The translations under genes were made by a program, and so were the position numbers. From IMG/VR virus record IMGVR_UViG_3300030372_002592, positions 1 to 42,406 of that record: a stretch of 42,406 nucleotides of DNA, one strand, 5' to 3'. The notes beneath the pieces are model-generated. The model had not been told where the DNA came from and made no database searches. It saw nothing but the letters and a program-made list of their open reading frames with translations. Positions 9,160 through 18,886 of this stretch are shown here, in pieces (the stretch's first letter is position 1; every line of letters starts with the position of its first letter). The stretch is from a virus (taxonomy: Duplodnaviria > Caudoviricetes).

Positions 9160-9606
9160 TTATTGATTCGCTTGTGATGAAGTCGGACCATGTAATGGTC
9201 TTCCTTTAACACCAACTACTCCAAAAACAGTTCCTGTACCATGAGTACCACTAAAGTTTAATACAACTCTAGAGTATCTTTTTCCGCCTACATAACCAAT
9301 AGCATAGACTGCATTACAGTCACCATTAGCATCAATAGTTTGGAATATACCTGAACTATCTACTGTTCCTCCAGTAACATCTGTATTAGATGTCACGTCA
9401 GTAAATGTAGCATTGTCGTCAGAATGTTCTAATTCAATTTCAACTTTGTGAGTTGTACTGAATGTAATTCCTGGCGCACCTACGTTTACAACGTGTACTA
9501 CAGAAGAAAAGCCTTGAGAATCAATTGCAGTACAATTTGTATCTGCGTCTTTTACGATAGCATTTAAACTTTCGTCAATTGCTATACCTGATTTTCCGTC
9601 TTGCAT
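9160..9606 (-). CDS. Probable capsid decoration protein
   Basis: Directly after major capsid gene with strong RBS; IDSQGF...LEHSDD..TFTDV...GYVGGKRY.R. Confidence 0.65.
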   Translation of the reverse strand: MQDGKSGIAIDESLNAIVKDADTNCTAIDSQGFSSVVHVVNVGAPGITFSTTHKVEIELEHSDDNATFTDVTSNTDVTGGTVDSSGIFQTIDANGDCNAVYAIGYVGGKRYSRVVLNFSGTHGTGTVFGVVGVKGRPLHGPTSSQANQ

Positions 9607-9626
9607 TTTTATATCCTCCTATATTA

Positions 9627-10859
9627 TTACGCACCACATTGTAGAATTTGAATAGCTTCAGGTAAAATTACCTGTCCACCGATTCTTCTTCTTGCAATGT
9701 ATCTTACGTTACCTGATGTTGCCTGAGTGAAAGGATCTCTCATTACTGAAAGTGTTGTTCTGTCTACAATCATGTACCCTCTTCTAAAGTCACCAAAAAT
9801 TACTGGTTTAGTAGAAGAACCTATGTCAGCAACGTCTGTTGCTTCAACATAAGGCGCACCTAAAATTGTATTTGGAACACCAACTTGTAGTGAGAATCCT
9901 GCTTGGAATACATAAGCACCTTGACCATCTCTTAACTTTCTAATTAAAGCAAGAGTTGATCTGTTAAATACAAATGTTCCATTTCTAGAATAGTCAGGTT
10001 TTACTGCGTGGTATAAACTGATTAAAGCATTAGCATCAAATGTTCCTGATGCTCCTGATGCAGTTGTACCTACAGATGAGTTTGTTACTATTCCTTCAGG
10101 TTTTCCTACAGAATTACCTGTCACGAAAGCATTACCTTCAGCTTTTGCAAATTGCTCTGCAAACTCTGATGACATTTCTTGTTCAAGATTGAAGACTGAA
10201 TCTTCTAGTTCTTGTTCTGAAATATCTACTAATGCATATAGTTCGTGTGTTGGTATTTCTTCTAGACCTACTGCATAGCCAGTAGTTTCACTTCTAGTTC
10301 CTTGCTCTGCAACGAATGTTGCTGCAAATGTACTCGTTCTTTTTGGAATTTGTACTGATCTATTAGTCGTACTTCTAACTCTAGCAATTGATCTAATTGG
10401 ACTGATTTCAACAATACCTTTGATTAATTCTCTCACGTACTCAGGTGGAGCTAAATAACCAGCAGTATTATCATTAGAAGCAGTAAGCACTTTCATTTCT
10501 TCAGGTGCTAAAGCTTCTTTGCCTTCTCTCAACCATTTTTTGTAGACTGCCATTTCTTTTGAATCAGTAACTAAGTTACCTCTTCCGAAATCTGGTCTAG
10601 AAATCATAGTTTCGATTCTGTTGAGTTGGTCTTTTTGTTCGTCCTGAGCAAGTTTTTGTTTAGTCACCTTTTGATTAACATCTTCTAAATCATCAAGAGA
10701 TTTTTCAATTCTTTTTAATTTGTCAGAAGTAATAACATCAGCAGAACCTTTGTCTTTGATTTGCTTTAGTTCTTCTTGGTGAGTTTTTTTAAACTCGTCA
10801 AACGCTTTTCCTAGACCTTCAACAGCGGACTTAACTTCATTATTATCTAATGTAGCCAT
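9627..10859 (-). CDS. Major capsid protein, HK97 family
   Basis: Coiled-coil delta domain; GYLAP.E...ISPIR...F..GN..GKPEGI...FGDF.RGY.IVDR...RDPF...R.GG. Confidence 0.97.
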   Translation of the reverse strand: MATLDNNEVKSAVEGLGKAFDEFKKTHQEELKQIKDKGSADVITSDKLKRIEKSLDDLEDVNQKVTKQKLAQDEQKDQLNRIETMISRPDFGRGNLVTDSKEMAVYKKWLREGKEALAPEEMKVLTASNDNTAGYLAPPEYVRELIKGIVEISPIRSIARVRSTTNRSVQIPKRTSTFAATFVAEQGTRSETTGYAVGLEEIPTHELYALVDISEQELEDSVFNLEQEMSSEFAEQFAKAEGNAFVTGNSVGKPEGIVTNSSVGTTASGASGTFDANALISLYHAVKPDYSRNGTFVFNRSTLALIRKLRDGQGAYVFQAGFSLQVGVPNTILGAPYVEATDVADIGSSTKPVIFGDFRRGYMIVDRTTLSVMRDPFTQATSGNVRYIARRRIGGQVILPEAIQILQCGA

Positions 10860-10867
10860 GTTTCCTC

Positions 10868-12004
10868 CTAGATTTGTTTGTTTGTTTTTAAAATGTCAGC
10901 GACCTTATAAATAAGATCAGCTAACTGTTTTGTGTCATCATCCCGATGATATAAAGCTTCCATAAGAGCCTTAGCTCCTACCTTAGCTTCTGATCGTGAT
11001 AAACCTCCTGAATCCCTCAAGATAGTTTCCCACTCACGAATACTTTTATCTCCTTTGACTGATTGAACCATAGCTCTTTCATTCATAGGAAATGTAACCA
11101 GCGATATTTCTAAAAGTTGAACTTCATTTAAAGTTCTTGTTCTTTTAGATTCATTATAAGTTTGTTTCTCAGGATTAGCTCTAAAACCAATAGACATACC
11201 ATCTATTGCTCCCATTTTCATTAACTCATAAGTTTCTCTACCTTTTTGAGTTCCTAATGCTAATTTACCTTTTACAAATAAACCTTTTGAATCTTCAAAC
11301 ATATCTGTAAAAATTCCAATTGGTTGATCTGTTTTATGTTGAGATAATAATTTTACTTTGTTTGCTGGTCTTTCTGCTAAACTTTTTGTAAATGCTCCTT
11401 TGGCAACTATATCATTACCTTGATCAACATTTCCAAACGTGGATGCATACCCACTAAAAACACCTTCTTGTTCTGTTTTTATTTCAGCATAGTAAATTTG
11501 TTTTTGTGTTTCTTCACACATACATGTTCCATCAACACAATCTTTATCTTCTTCCATTTCTTTTTTCTTTGGTTTCTTTTTGTCATCATCTTCATCATGA
11601 TAACTCATTTCGTCTTTTGGTTTTTTTCCTGGCTTCTCTTCGTCAGGTTTATTTGATAATGCGTTCATATAATCATCATGAGTTTTACATGGCATAAAAA
11701 TTGTTTTACCATTTTCTTCGTGTGAATGAATACCTGAACAGCCAATCTCTTTGGCTCTTGCTGTAGCTTCGCCTGGATTGTTAAATTTATCTTTACCTAT
11801 TTCTTCTTTCTTCTTAGGTTTTTTATGATATTTTTCTTCTTCTAACATTTTACTGTCCTCCTTATTTCTATTATCATACAAGTCATTGCAGACTGCAAAT
11901 CTTTGTGATCTGTTTGGAAAATCATCAACTGATGTTGCGTCACCCATACATCTCTCTAAAAAATTCTCTCGTCTTTCTCTTTTTTTTGGTTTTACTAAAG
12001 GCAT
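10868..12004 (-). CDS. HK97-family prohead protease with long N-terminal extension
   Basis: FSGYASTFGNVD.G.D...GAF...LLSQH...GLFVKG...DGMSIGF...L.EISLVTFPMN; start at 12004 inferred from TAATG coupling. Confidence 0.93.
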   Translation of the reverse strand: MPLVKPKKRERRENFLERCMGDATSVDDFPNRSQRFAVCNDLYDNRNKEDSKMLEEEKYHKKPKKKEEIGKDKFNNPGEATARAKEIGCSGIHSHEENGKTIFMPCKTHDDYMNALSNKPDEEKPGKKPKDEMSYHDEDDDKKKPKKKEMEEDKDCVDGTCMCEETQKQIYYAEIKTEQEGVFSGYASTFGNVDQGNDIVAKGAFTKSLAERPANKVKLLSQHKTDQPIGIFTDMFEDSKGLFVKGKLALGTQKGRETYELMKMGAIDGMSIGFRANPEKQTYNESKRTRTLNEVQLLEISLVTFPMNERAMVQSVKGDKSIREWETILRDSGGLSRSEAKVGAKALMEALYHRDDDTKQLADLIYKVADILKTNKQI

Positions 12005-12111
12005 TAATCTTTCCAAATCTTAGAAAAAGAAGACTTAGCAATCACCTTTATCTTATTATGAAAGAAAATACAACCTACATAACCTATAATTATTCCTATT
12101 ATTAGTTCCAT
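12004..12111 (-). CDS. Small membrane protein (35 aa)
   Basis: MELIIGIIIGYVGCIFFHNK...; AGGAG RBS; stop overlaps protease ATG. Confidence 0.6.
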   Translation of the reverse strand: MELIIGIIIGYVGCIFFHNKIKVIAKSSFSKIWKD

Positions 12112-12112
12112 A

Positions 12113-12895
12113 TTATACTCCTGTTAAGTAATCAGGTGTTGTGTAAACAACAACACACCGACAATTTATCGTTTCTTCAGGACCACCAGCAGGATCTCCA
12201 GGATATTTAAGTGGTACACCACCCACTACAAATCTACTGTTAATATCAACCAATTGTCCATCAGCGAAAGCATGAGTAATTCTTGTTCTGTCATCTTGAA
12301 CACTTACCCATTCTTTTACTGTTCCTGCAATATTCATTTGTAATGCAGTTTGCTCATTAGCCCATGAAGCAGTTCTATGTACTTCTGTACGTGCAATTAA
12401 ACTTGCTCTCCATAAACCAAAACCTATTAAAGTATTCCTAATTCTATTGCTAGTAGCAGGTAAATCTAAATTATTTTGTGTAGAAAATAAAATATCATTT
12501 GCTATGGCTTGTCTTGTTGTTTCATTAATTTCTGTAACAAGTGTACCAACATTACCATTTATATATTGCGCTAAAGCAATTTCAAATTCTGTATCAAAAT
12601 CTTTTACGTTTTGTGTTCTATTGAGTGCATTGTTTTTAAATTCTCTTGCTATAACATTATATTGCACTCTAAAAATATTTTGTAAATTTTTAAAACTATT
12701 ATTTAAGTTATTTTGAAAGTAAACATCTTCTCCTGTTTCAAAAGCTACAACAGATGATTTTGCTAAATTATTAAAATAATTTTTTAATACTCTTTCAAAA
12801 TTCTTTTCATAAGGTATTCTTAATCTATTTTGTCGTTCCCATTCTAATCTTTTAACTTGAGAACCAAATCTTTTTATCTGTTTAACATTAAACAT
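12113..12895 (-). CDS. Minor head morphogenesis protein (Mu gpF / SPP1 gp7 family)
   Basis: RA.LIARTE...KEW....D.RTR.TH..ADGQ...F.VGG..L.YPGDP.G...E.INCRC. Confidence 0.92.
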   Translation of the reverse strand: MFNVKQIKRFGSQVKRLEWERQNRLRIPYEKNFERVLKNYFNNLAKSSVVAFETGEDVYFQNNLNNSFKNLQNIFRVQYNVIAREFKNNALNRTQNVKDFDTEFEIALAQYINGNVGTLVTEINETTRQAIANDILFSTQNNLDLPATSNRIRNTLIGFGLWRASLIARTEVHRTASWANEQTALQMNIAGTVKEWVSVQDDRTRITHAFADGQLVDINSRFVVGGVPLKYPGDPAGGPEETINCRCVVVYTTPDYLTGV

Positions 12896-13083
12896 TAGTG
12901 TAAAGTTATTGTTTCAGGATTGTGTTCAAACTTAACACCATTTTGTAAAACTAAAGCTGTTGCTAATTCACAAGCATCTTCTTCCATTGGTAGTGAACCT
13001 AATCTTATTACAACATCAAATCCATCTGTATCTTTATTATGTTCAATGTTTAAAGTTGTTCGTATAAATTTTATTTTTGCCAT
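12895..13083 (-). CDS. Hypothetical protein
   Basis: GAGG RBS; TAATG coupling to next gene. Confidence 0.65.
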   Translation of the reverse strand: MAKIKFIRTTLNIEHNKDTDGFDVVIRLGSLPMEEDACELATALVLQNGVKFEHNPETITLH

Positions 13084-13091
13084 ATTAACCT

Positions 13092-15140
13092 CTACGTTTT
13101 AAGTGGATGTCCACTTGGTAATAAATCTAAGTCAAACTTACCTGATCTAAATCTTCCTGTTCTTACTGCGTAAAGGAACGCATTAACACGAGCATAAGCC
13201 CATTGTTCTTCTGAAGTAACACTTGGTCTTACACTTCCAGGATTTGTTCTATAAGCACCTATACCTCTTCTAAAGACTGCTCCAAGCATTCTTAAGGTAA
13301 CTCTTTTACCTTTTTTATCTCCATGCTTCTCATTGTGTTTATCAACTTTGTTTTTAAGACCTTTTCGTACTGCTGCAGTTAATTGTTTCTCTTCAAAGTT
13401 TTCATCAGTAAGTTCTGATATGTTTTCTAAAAATTTATTTCTTTCTCTATCTAATTGGTCAGCTTTTTTGTTTGACCATGTTTGTCCAGCATCACCACCC
13501 CATAAAGCCCAAGCTATTCTACCTGCTGATGGATAACCCTCTTCTCCTGGTCTAAAACCCTCTGCTCTTTTATCAACTTCATGTCTTGCAAAAAAAGATT
13601 TCATTCTACGTACTGTAGATGGTGATAATCTATCTTTCCTTACAATTTGGTTTGCTCTTGCAACACCAACCATTGTACCACCTCTACCATGTTCTTTTCT
13701 CCACTCTAAACCTTTTTTAGCTTCTGTAACCATACCATCTGTTGGTACTGTATCTATATCTGCTTCAGCTTTTACAAGTTCATCTAAATCTTTATCTAAA
13801 TCTAACATCATTTCTATAATGTTAATTGAGTTTGTATCTTCTTGTTCTGTTGTTGGTTCTTCAGGTACAGTTTCATCTTTTGGTGATTCTTCATTAACAG
13901 TATTAAGTGGCATCAAGGTTGCACTTACTAATAATTCATCTGCACCATCCATTGTATCATAACCTAATTGTTCTCTTGCTTCATTACGAGTTAAGATACC
14001 ATTTTGTACACCACTTGTTACAGACTCAAATACTCTTCTTCTTTGTTCTGCCATAGCTGGTATGCTATCAATGTCATAGCTTAATCTTAAATCATCACCA
14101 AACTGAGGTGTAAGCCACTCGTTCATATCTGATTGTATTCTATCCATTAAAGGTAAAACAGTTTCTGTATAAAGAGCAAGTCTTGCTTCTGCAAGGTTAC
14201 TATAAGTTTGTGAATCAGGTACACCAACTAATTGACTTGGTACACCATAAACAAGTGCTATATCTCTTGCACTAAAGTTTTTTAATTGTGTAAAGTCCAT
14301 ATCTTTTGGACTCATACCCATTGACTTCCAATCAAAATCACCTTCTAACAACATAGGTCTACCTGCATTGTTTGGTCCTTGAAATCTTGTGTTTAAATCA
14401 TTTACAATTTGATTTCTTTGTGAATCTGTTAATTGTACATCTCCACCTGTTTCATCTTTAGGTTTAAATACAATTGCACCACTTGGTCTTGCACCATTTT
14501 GTAATAAAGCTACGTTATGTTTATTTGACAAGTTATGTTGGTCTATATCCATACTTGCTGCCATAATAGGTGACAAACCATAATAATCATCTAATGGATT
14601 AAATAGCTTTATGTGTTTAACTTTACTTTGTCCTGTTTTTCTATCTACAAGATACTGATCAACAATTTTACCACCTAACATATAATTATATGCACTTGGT
14701 AAATTACCTTTTGAAGCTGGTTGTATTCTAATTCTGTCAGGTCTTAATGGGTACAGCTCTTGTGGTTCTCCTGTTTCAGGACCATTTTGTAAAACATAAC
14801 TATTACCACTAATTAATAAATACGCATAGACTGCTTGAAAAAATTCTACTTGTCCATAATTTGGACTTGGGTTTTTTAATAAATCTAAAATTGGGTGGTC
14901 TTCTAATTCTTGATCACCTCTAAAAACATTTATCTTAACTCTACTTGCCGCATTGGCAATTTCATTTACACACCTATAAGCTACTGCATTTTCTTGGTAG
15001 CCTTCTTTTGCTAACTGGTCGTACCTATCTTTTGGGTAGACGTTATAACTTAATTTATCGTAAAAAGTTATATTGTTATTACTTTGCTTTCGTGGTGTGT
15101 TAGCTCCGAAAAATTTTTTTACGTTGTCAAATATTGCCAT
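13092..15140 (-). CDS. Portal protein (HK97 family) with two extra C-terminal domains
   Basis: EGY..N...YRCV...L.GN.Y...LRPDR...NPLDD.YGLSP...NGARPSG...D.DF...IA...GVP...TYSN..EA; ~250 aa extension. Confidence 0.95.
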   Translation of the reverse strand: MAIFDNVKKFFGANTPRKQSNNNITFYDKLSYNVYPKDRYDQLAKEGYQENAVAYRCVNEIANAASRVKINVFRGDQELEDHPILDLLKNPSPNYGQVEFFQAVYAYLLISGNSYVLQNGPETGEPQELYPLRPDRIRIQPASKGNLPSAYNYMLGGKIVDQYLVDRKTGQSKVKHIKLFNPLDDYYGLSPIMAASMDIDQHNLSNKHNVALLQNGARPSGAIVFKPKDETGGDVQLTDSQRNQIVNDLNTRFQGPNNAGRPMLLEGDFDWKSMGMSPKDMDFTQLKNFSARDIALVYGVPSQLVGVPDSQTYSNLAEARLALYTETVLPLMDRIQSDMNEWLTPQFGDDLRLSYDIDSIPAMAEQRRRVFESVTSGVQNGILTRNEAREQLGYDTMDGADELLVSATLMPLNTVNEESPKDETVPEEPTTEQEDTNSINIIEMMLDLDKDLDELVKAEADIDTVPTDGMVTEAKKGLEWRKEHGRGGTMVGVARANQIVRKDRLSPSTVRRMKSFFARHEVDKRAEGFRPGEEGYPSAGRIAWALWGGDAGQTWSNKKADQLDRERNKFLENISELTDENFEEKQLTAAVRKGLKNKVDKHNEKHGDKKGKRVTLRMLGAVFRRGIGAYRTNPGSVRPSVTSEEQWAYARVNAFLYAVRTGRFRSGKFDLDLLPSGHPLKT

Positions 15141-15141
15141 C

Positions 15142-16497
15142 TTAACTTATTCTCCATAAAGGTTTCTGACTTCTGTTTAAACTATTGTACAATGTACTTA
15201 ATACATCAACTTGGTCATCATGTACATCATTAACTCCAGTAAAACTTGCAACCTCATGTACTAAAGGTTGAGTCCATTTTGTATTCTCAGGTAATAATAC
15301 CCGACCATCATTCCACGCGGCACTTACTGGTTGCGCCCTACTAAATTTATCTGTAGTAGCTGGTTTTTCTAATATTCTTAAACCATGCTCTTTTTTTAAA
15401 AAATCTACTATGCCTCTTTCTGTACCACCGATATTCGTATAAATAGGACTATCGTATTTTAACTGATATTTTTTTAGTATGGATGCAAACTGGCTCGCAT
15501 CAACTTGTCCTCTCCACCAATCTATTAAATACAGTTTTTGGTTAAACCACTTACCTACCCCTATTACCGAGTAATCACTATACGACTTTCGGGAATATGC
15601 AAAATCTACACTTAACCCTAAAATACCTCCTATTGGCTCTTTTCCAAAGAAATTAGCATCAGCGAACACCCTACCACCCTTAAAGTATGGTTGTTGTTGA
15701 TACATACTACGAAACCAAAACTCACCTACCTGTTTCTTTCTGTCATTCAGTACACCTATGTTATATCTATCCTCCCATAGAGCCTGACCTAACTTACGTC
15801 CTATTGGATCGTTCTGTTCAGCAATAGCTGGTAAAGATACAACTTCCCATTTATCTCCACCAAGTTTATCTTGTGATATTAACCTACCAGCTAAATCATC
15901 AGGATGCCATCTAGTCATAATAATTATTATAGAAGCATTAGGACTTAGACGTGTAGAAGCAACTGATTGGAACCAATCTACAGTTTTATCTCTGTAAACC
16001 TGTGACATAGCTTGTTCGTTGTTCTTTACTGGGTCATCTATAATAAATACATCTGCACCCCTACCTGTGATACCACCACCGACACCTACACAATACATGT
16101 ACCCACCCTTAGATGTTTCCCAGTTTCCTTGTATGTTTACCCTCATGTTTCTTTTTGTGCCAAAGTATTCAGGAACACACTCATCAAATACATCTCTAGC
16201 TTTACGTCCCCAACTAATCGCATAATTAGTTTCATATGAACATAAGATTACTTTCTTATCAGGATGTGTTGCTAGATACCAAACTGGAAAGTATTTAGAT
16301 GTAAACTCTGACTTACCATGTTGAGGTGGCATATTAATAATTAATCTTTTAATCTTACCTGTAGCGACCTGTAATAACTTCTGATTAAGAAGCTGTAAGT
16401 GAGCAGGGAACTGCCAATGACCCTGACTATGTAAGATGGCTAACCCTGCTGGTTGGCTAGTTAGTATCTTTGATTTTTGCAAGAAGCTCTGTGGCAA
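15142..16497 (-). CDS. terL: Terminase large subunit
   Basis: Walker A MPPQHGKS, Walker B IIDDP, TRWH.DDL.G, C-terminal nuclease HDDQVD; TTG start uncertain. Confidence 0.95.
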   Translation of the reverse strand: MPQSFLQKSKILTSQPAGLAILHSQGHWQFPAHLQLLNQKLLQVATGKIKRLIINMPPQHGKSEFTSKYFPVWYLATHPDKKVILCSYETNYAISWGRKARDVFDECVPEYFGTKRNMRVNIQGNWETSKGGYMYCVGVGGGITGRGADVFIIDDPVKNNEQAMSQVYRDKTVDWFQSVASTRLSPNASIIIIMTRWHPDDLAGRLISQDKLGGDKWEVVSLPAIAEQNDPIGRKLGQALWEDRYNIGVLNDRKKQVGEFWFRSMYQQQPYFKGGRVFADANFFGKEPIGGILGLSVDFAYSRKSYSDYSVIGVGKWFNQKLYLIDWWRGQVDASQFASILKKYQLKYDSPIYTNIGGTERGIVDFLKKEHGLRILEKPATTDKFSRAQPVSAAWNDGRVLLPENTKWTQPLVHEVASFTGVNDVHDDQVDVLSTLYNSLNRSQKPLWRIS

Positions 16498-17044
16498 GTT
16501 TACTACTCTCTTCGTTTGATCCTATTTTATCTATAAAACTTGTATCTATCTTAGGTTTAACTGACAGTGCCTGTATGTCTGTCGGTTCACCTCTTGCTAA
16601 TCTTTCTACATCAGTTAATAACTTGAAAGCTGTAGCACATCTAGAAACAGTCTGTACTAAATCTGTATCACTTATATCAGCGAAATCAAGTTTACCATTC
16701 TTATCTTTTAATCTCTTTAATAACTCTTGAGCAGGGGTAATAAGAGCAGTTATCATCTGTAAACTATAACTCGCTTGTCTCTTACCCATCTCTTTAATCT
16801 CTTTAGCCATACCCTCATATAAAAGCTGTTGTTGATGAGTATCATACACTTCGGTTCTATGTGTCCAATCGTACTTGCTAGATAGAGATTCTATCCACCT
16901 TTTGGATATGCCTGTTTGTTCTGAAACCTTTGCTAAGCTCCTGTTTCTGCCCATATTTTGATATACGCAGTACAGAGAATAATTCTTCTGACTTTCTTCT
17001 TCTAATCTTTCAATCATGTTTTTTTCCCATGTCTTACCGAACAT
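16457..17044 (-). CDS. terS: Probable terminase small subunit
   Basis: N-terminal HTH (Y..MG..RSL.KV....G.S.RWI..LS.KY.W..R...YD); directly upstream of and overlapping terL. Confidence 0.78.
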   Translation of the reverse strand: MFGKTWEKNMIERLEEESQKNYSLYCVYQNMGRNRSLAKVSEQTGISKRWIESLSSKYDWTHRTEVYDTHQQQLLYEGMAKEIKEMGKRQASYSLQMITALITPAQELLKRLKDKNGKLDFADISDTDLVQTVSRCATAFKLLTDVERLARGEPTDIQALSVKPKIDTSFIDKIGSNEESSKLATELLAKIKDTN

Positions 17045-17208
17045 TTGACGGTCTGGTTGCTATCTGTGATATATTTACAACAGAAGTGATAATAATACAA
17101 TATATAGTGTTGCATATATACAACTATACAAGTCTTTACATGTAGTTATCCTATTATGTCCTGTCTAGCATTATAAGGGTACAATCGCAAGTTTTATTCG
17201 CGATTTTG

Positions 17209-17436
17209 TTAATTTTGATTGTGTCTTGGGTCTTGTTGTTGTTTCTTATCCTCTTCTTTCATACAATTATAATGTGCATAATTATATGTAGCAGGGTCTA
17301 ATGTTTTCACTAAAGCAACAAAGCTATCAGTAGAATAAATATCTTTTAAGCAGTAGATACATTTAGCAACAAACCTTTCTATTTCCGCAAGTTTACGTGC
17401 TGACTTTCTCTTTCTATGATAACCCATAATGGACAC
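17209..17436 (-). CDS. Small putative zinc-binding protein
   Basis: CIYC ... HYNC motif. Confidence 0.6.
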   Translation of the reverse strand: MSIMGYHRKRKSARKLAEIERFVAKCIYCLKDIYSTDSFVALVKTLDPATYNYAHYNCMKEEDKKQQQDPRHNQN

Positions 17437-17463
17437 CTATATAATAATAATTAATAATATTTA

Positions 17464-17524
17464 TTGACGATTAATAATAATTAATGTAATAATAAAGACA
17501 TGATAACAAAAAAAAACAATGGAG
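17464..17524 (+). promoter_or_regulatory. Sigma70-like early promoter plus conserved leader
   Basis: TTGACG-17-TAATAA(T), then GATAAC-A-rich-AATGGAG. Confidence 0.6.
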
Positions 17525-17529
17525 TAAAC

Positions 17530-17724
17530 ATGATAAAAAATAAAAAGATAGTAAATGAAGTTAGAGCAATACTATTAAAAGAAATGGATAAGGTTTTTAA
17601 AAATCAAGATTCTAATCTTTTAGTGGTTTTTAAGAACAGCATCAAAGGTACTATCAACAAAACTGCTCACGATATTAATCATGACATTATTAATTATGGT
17701 GAGTTTAAAGGATGGAGGAAGTAA
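17530..17724 (+). CDS. Hypothetical early protein
   Basis: ATG 5 nt after GGAG. Confidence 0.7.
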   Translation: MIKNKKIVNEVRAILLKEMDKVFKNQDSNLLVVFKNSIKGTINKTAHDINHDIINYGEFKGWRK

Positions 17725-17852
17725 TGGAGATAAGAATCAAATACAATGAATTAAAAAGACAGGGTCTACCACAATGGCAGATACTTGTCAGACTGGTAAA
17801 AGAGTTTGGTCTTATAAAAGCTAACGAATGGTGGAAAAAGGAGGGTCTATGA
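17724..17852 (+). CDS. Hypothetical small protein (42 aa, MEIRIKYNEL...)
   Basis: GGAGG RBS; TAATG and ATGA coupling at both ends. Confidence 0.65.
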   Translation: MEIRIKYNELKRQGLPQWQILVRLVKEFGLIKANEWWKKEGL

Positions 17853-18016
17853 TAGTTCCTTTATTATTTGCTTTCTTTGGTCTTTTATTCGCTTTTTATT
17901 TTGTAGCTTATGCAATGGCAGACGTACAAGATATTAAGAATAAGTTCACAAAGTATATCGGCATTAACTTTCTTAGAGGTGTAAAAGAAGACGACATGGA
18001 GGAGATATATGGATAA
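17849..18016 (+). CDS. Hypothetical membrane protein
   Basis: AGGAGG RBS; TM IVPLLFAFFGLLFAFYFVAYA. Confidence 0.7.
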   Translation: MIVPLLFAFFGLLFAFYFVAYAMADVQDIKNKFTKYIGINFLRGVKEDDMEEIYG

Positions 18017-18032
18017 TCAGAAAGGAGGAAAA

Positions 18033-18191
18033 ATGAAACGATTTAAATTAACAGATACTTCAGAGCAGACTATAATATATACCTGTGAAGTAGAAGCTAA
18101 CTCAGAAGAAGAAGCAATTGAAAAAGCTGAAAACTGGGAAGTAGAATCTTCTTATACTAATAGCAATAGTATAAGTGCTGAGGAGAAATAA
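18033..18191 (+). CDS. Small acidic hypothetical protein
   Basis: AGGAGG RBS; EVEANSEEEAIEKA motif. Confidence 0.7.
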   Translation: MKRFKLTDTSEQTIIYTCEVEANSEEEAIEKAENWEVESSYTNSNSISAEEK

Positions 18192-18487
18192 TGAGGGGAG
18201 GATATAATAAGTCAAGAAGTAAAGAAGTATGTCTTGATTTCAGAACATGGGTCAATGGTAATAAGATAGATTCTAATACTCCAATGCTCAGCGATATTAG
18301 ATGTGTTCTTGACAAAGATACATTCCGATATGTCAAGCAGGGAGGTTATTCTATTGATGACATTTTAATTCGTATGAAAGAAGATGGTTGGGTCTATGAA
18401 GATGATACTCAAGAAACTCAATTAGACTTCAATACGTTTATTGACATGTTAGATAATAATCCCAAAATGGACACTAATGTTCAATAA
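18191..18487 (+). CDS. Hypothetical protein
   Basis: GAGGAG RBS, TAATG coupling. Confidence 0.7.
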   Translation: MRGGYNKSRSKEVCLDFRTWVNGNKIDSNTPMLSDIRCVLDKDTFRYVKQGGYSIDDILIRMKEDGWVYEDDTQETQLDFNTFIDMLDNNPKMDTNVQ

Positions 18488-18493
18488 TTATTA

Positions 18494-18551
18494 TTGACAA
18501 TTATTAGGATATAATATAAAGATATATGTATGACAACAAAAAAAATGGAGG
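18494..18551 (+). promoter_or_regulatory. Sigma70-like early promoter plus conserved leader
   Basis: TTGACA at 18494, AT-rich -10 region, GACAAC-A-run-TGGAGG. Confidence 0.55.
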
Positions 18552-18556
18552 AAACA

Positions 18557-18886
18557 ATGAGTACAAAAAAAAGAATAACAGATAACCTATGGAGAGGTGA
18601 TAAAGACTGGGCATCAGAAAGTGTGACTTGTTCTTTTAAACTTAATAATAGGGAAAAGACTTATACTAACGAATGTATTGAGTCTTGTTATGAAGACTTC
18701 TTAGATAACTATGGAGAGGCATTACATGAGTTATCAGAAGTATCTATTGATGCAGGGGTCACTTTTGAGAAAGGTGGTGAATCAATGATATTGACAGTAC
18801 CAGCGAAAGACTTCAGACACAAATATGAAAGTGTTGAAGACAAAGTTGGTGATAAAATAACGACAACAATGATGGGAGGTGCATAA
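18557..18886 (+). CDS. Acidic hypothetical protein
   Basis: GGAGG RBS. Confidence 0.75.
   Translation: MSTKKRITDNLWRGDKDWASESVTCSFKLNNREKTYTNECIESCYEDFLDNYGEALHELSEVSIDAGVTFEKGGESMILTVPAKDFRHKYESVEDKVGDKITTTMMGGA

Noticed and set aside
16457-16497. Possible TerS-TerL frameshift fusion
   Set aside because: A 41-nt overlap with a TTG start and weak RBS is sufficient; no convincing shift signal for the required frame
797-16730. Many + strand ORFs in the track (e.g. 1500-1952, 3751-4170, 4363-5133, 6348-6686)
   Set aside because: Antisense shadows of well-supported structural genes, with no RBS or recognisable motifs
17046-17208. pac/cos site upstream of terS
   Set aside because: Only short inverted repeats (GTTG/CAAC, AATCGC/GCGATT); cannot be assigned without read-termini data
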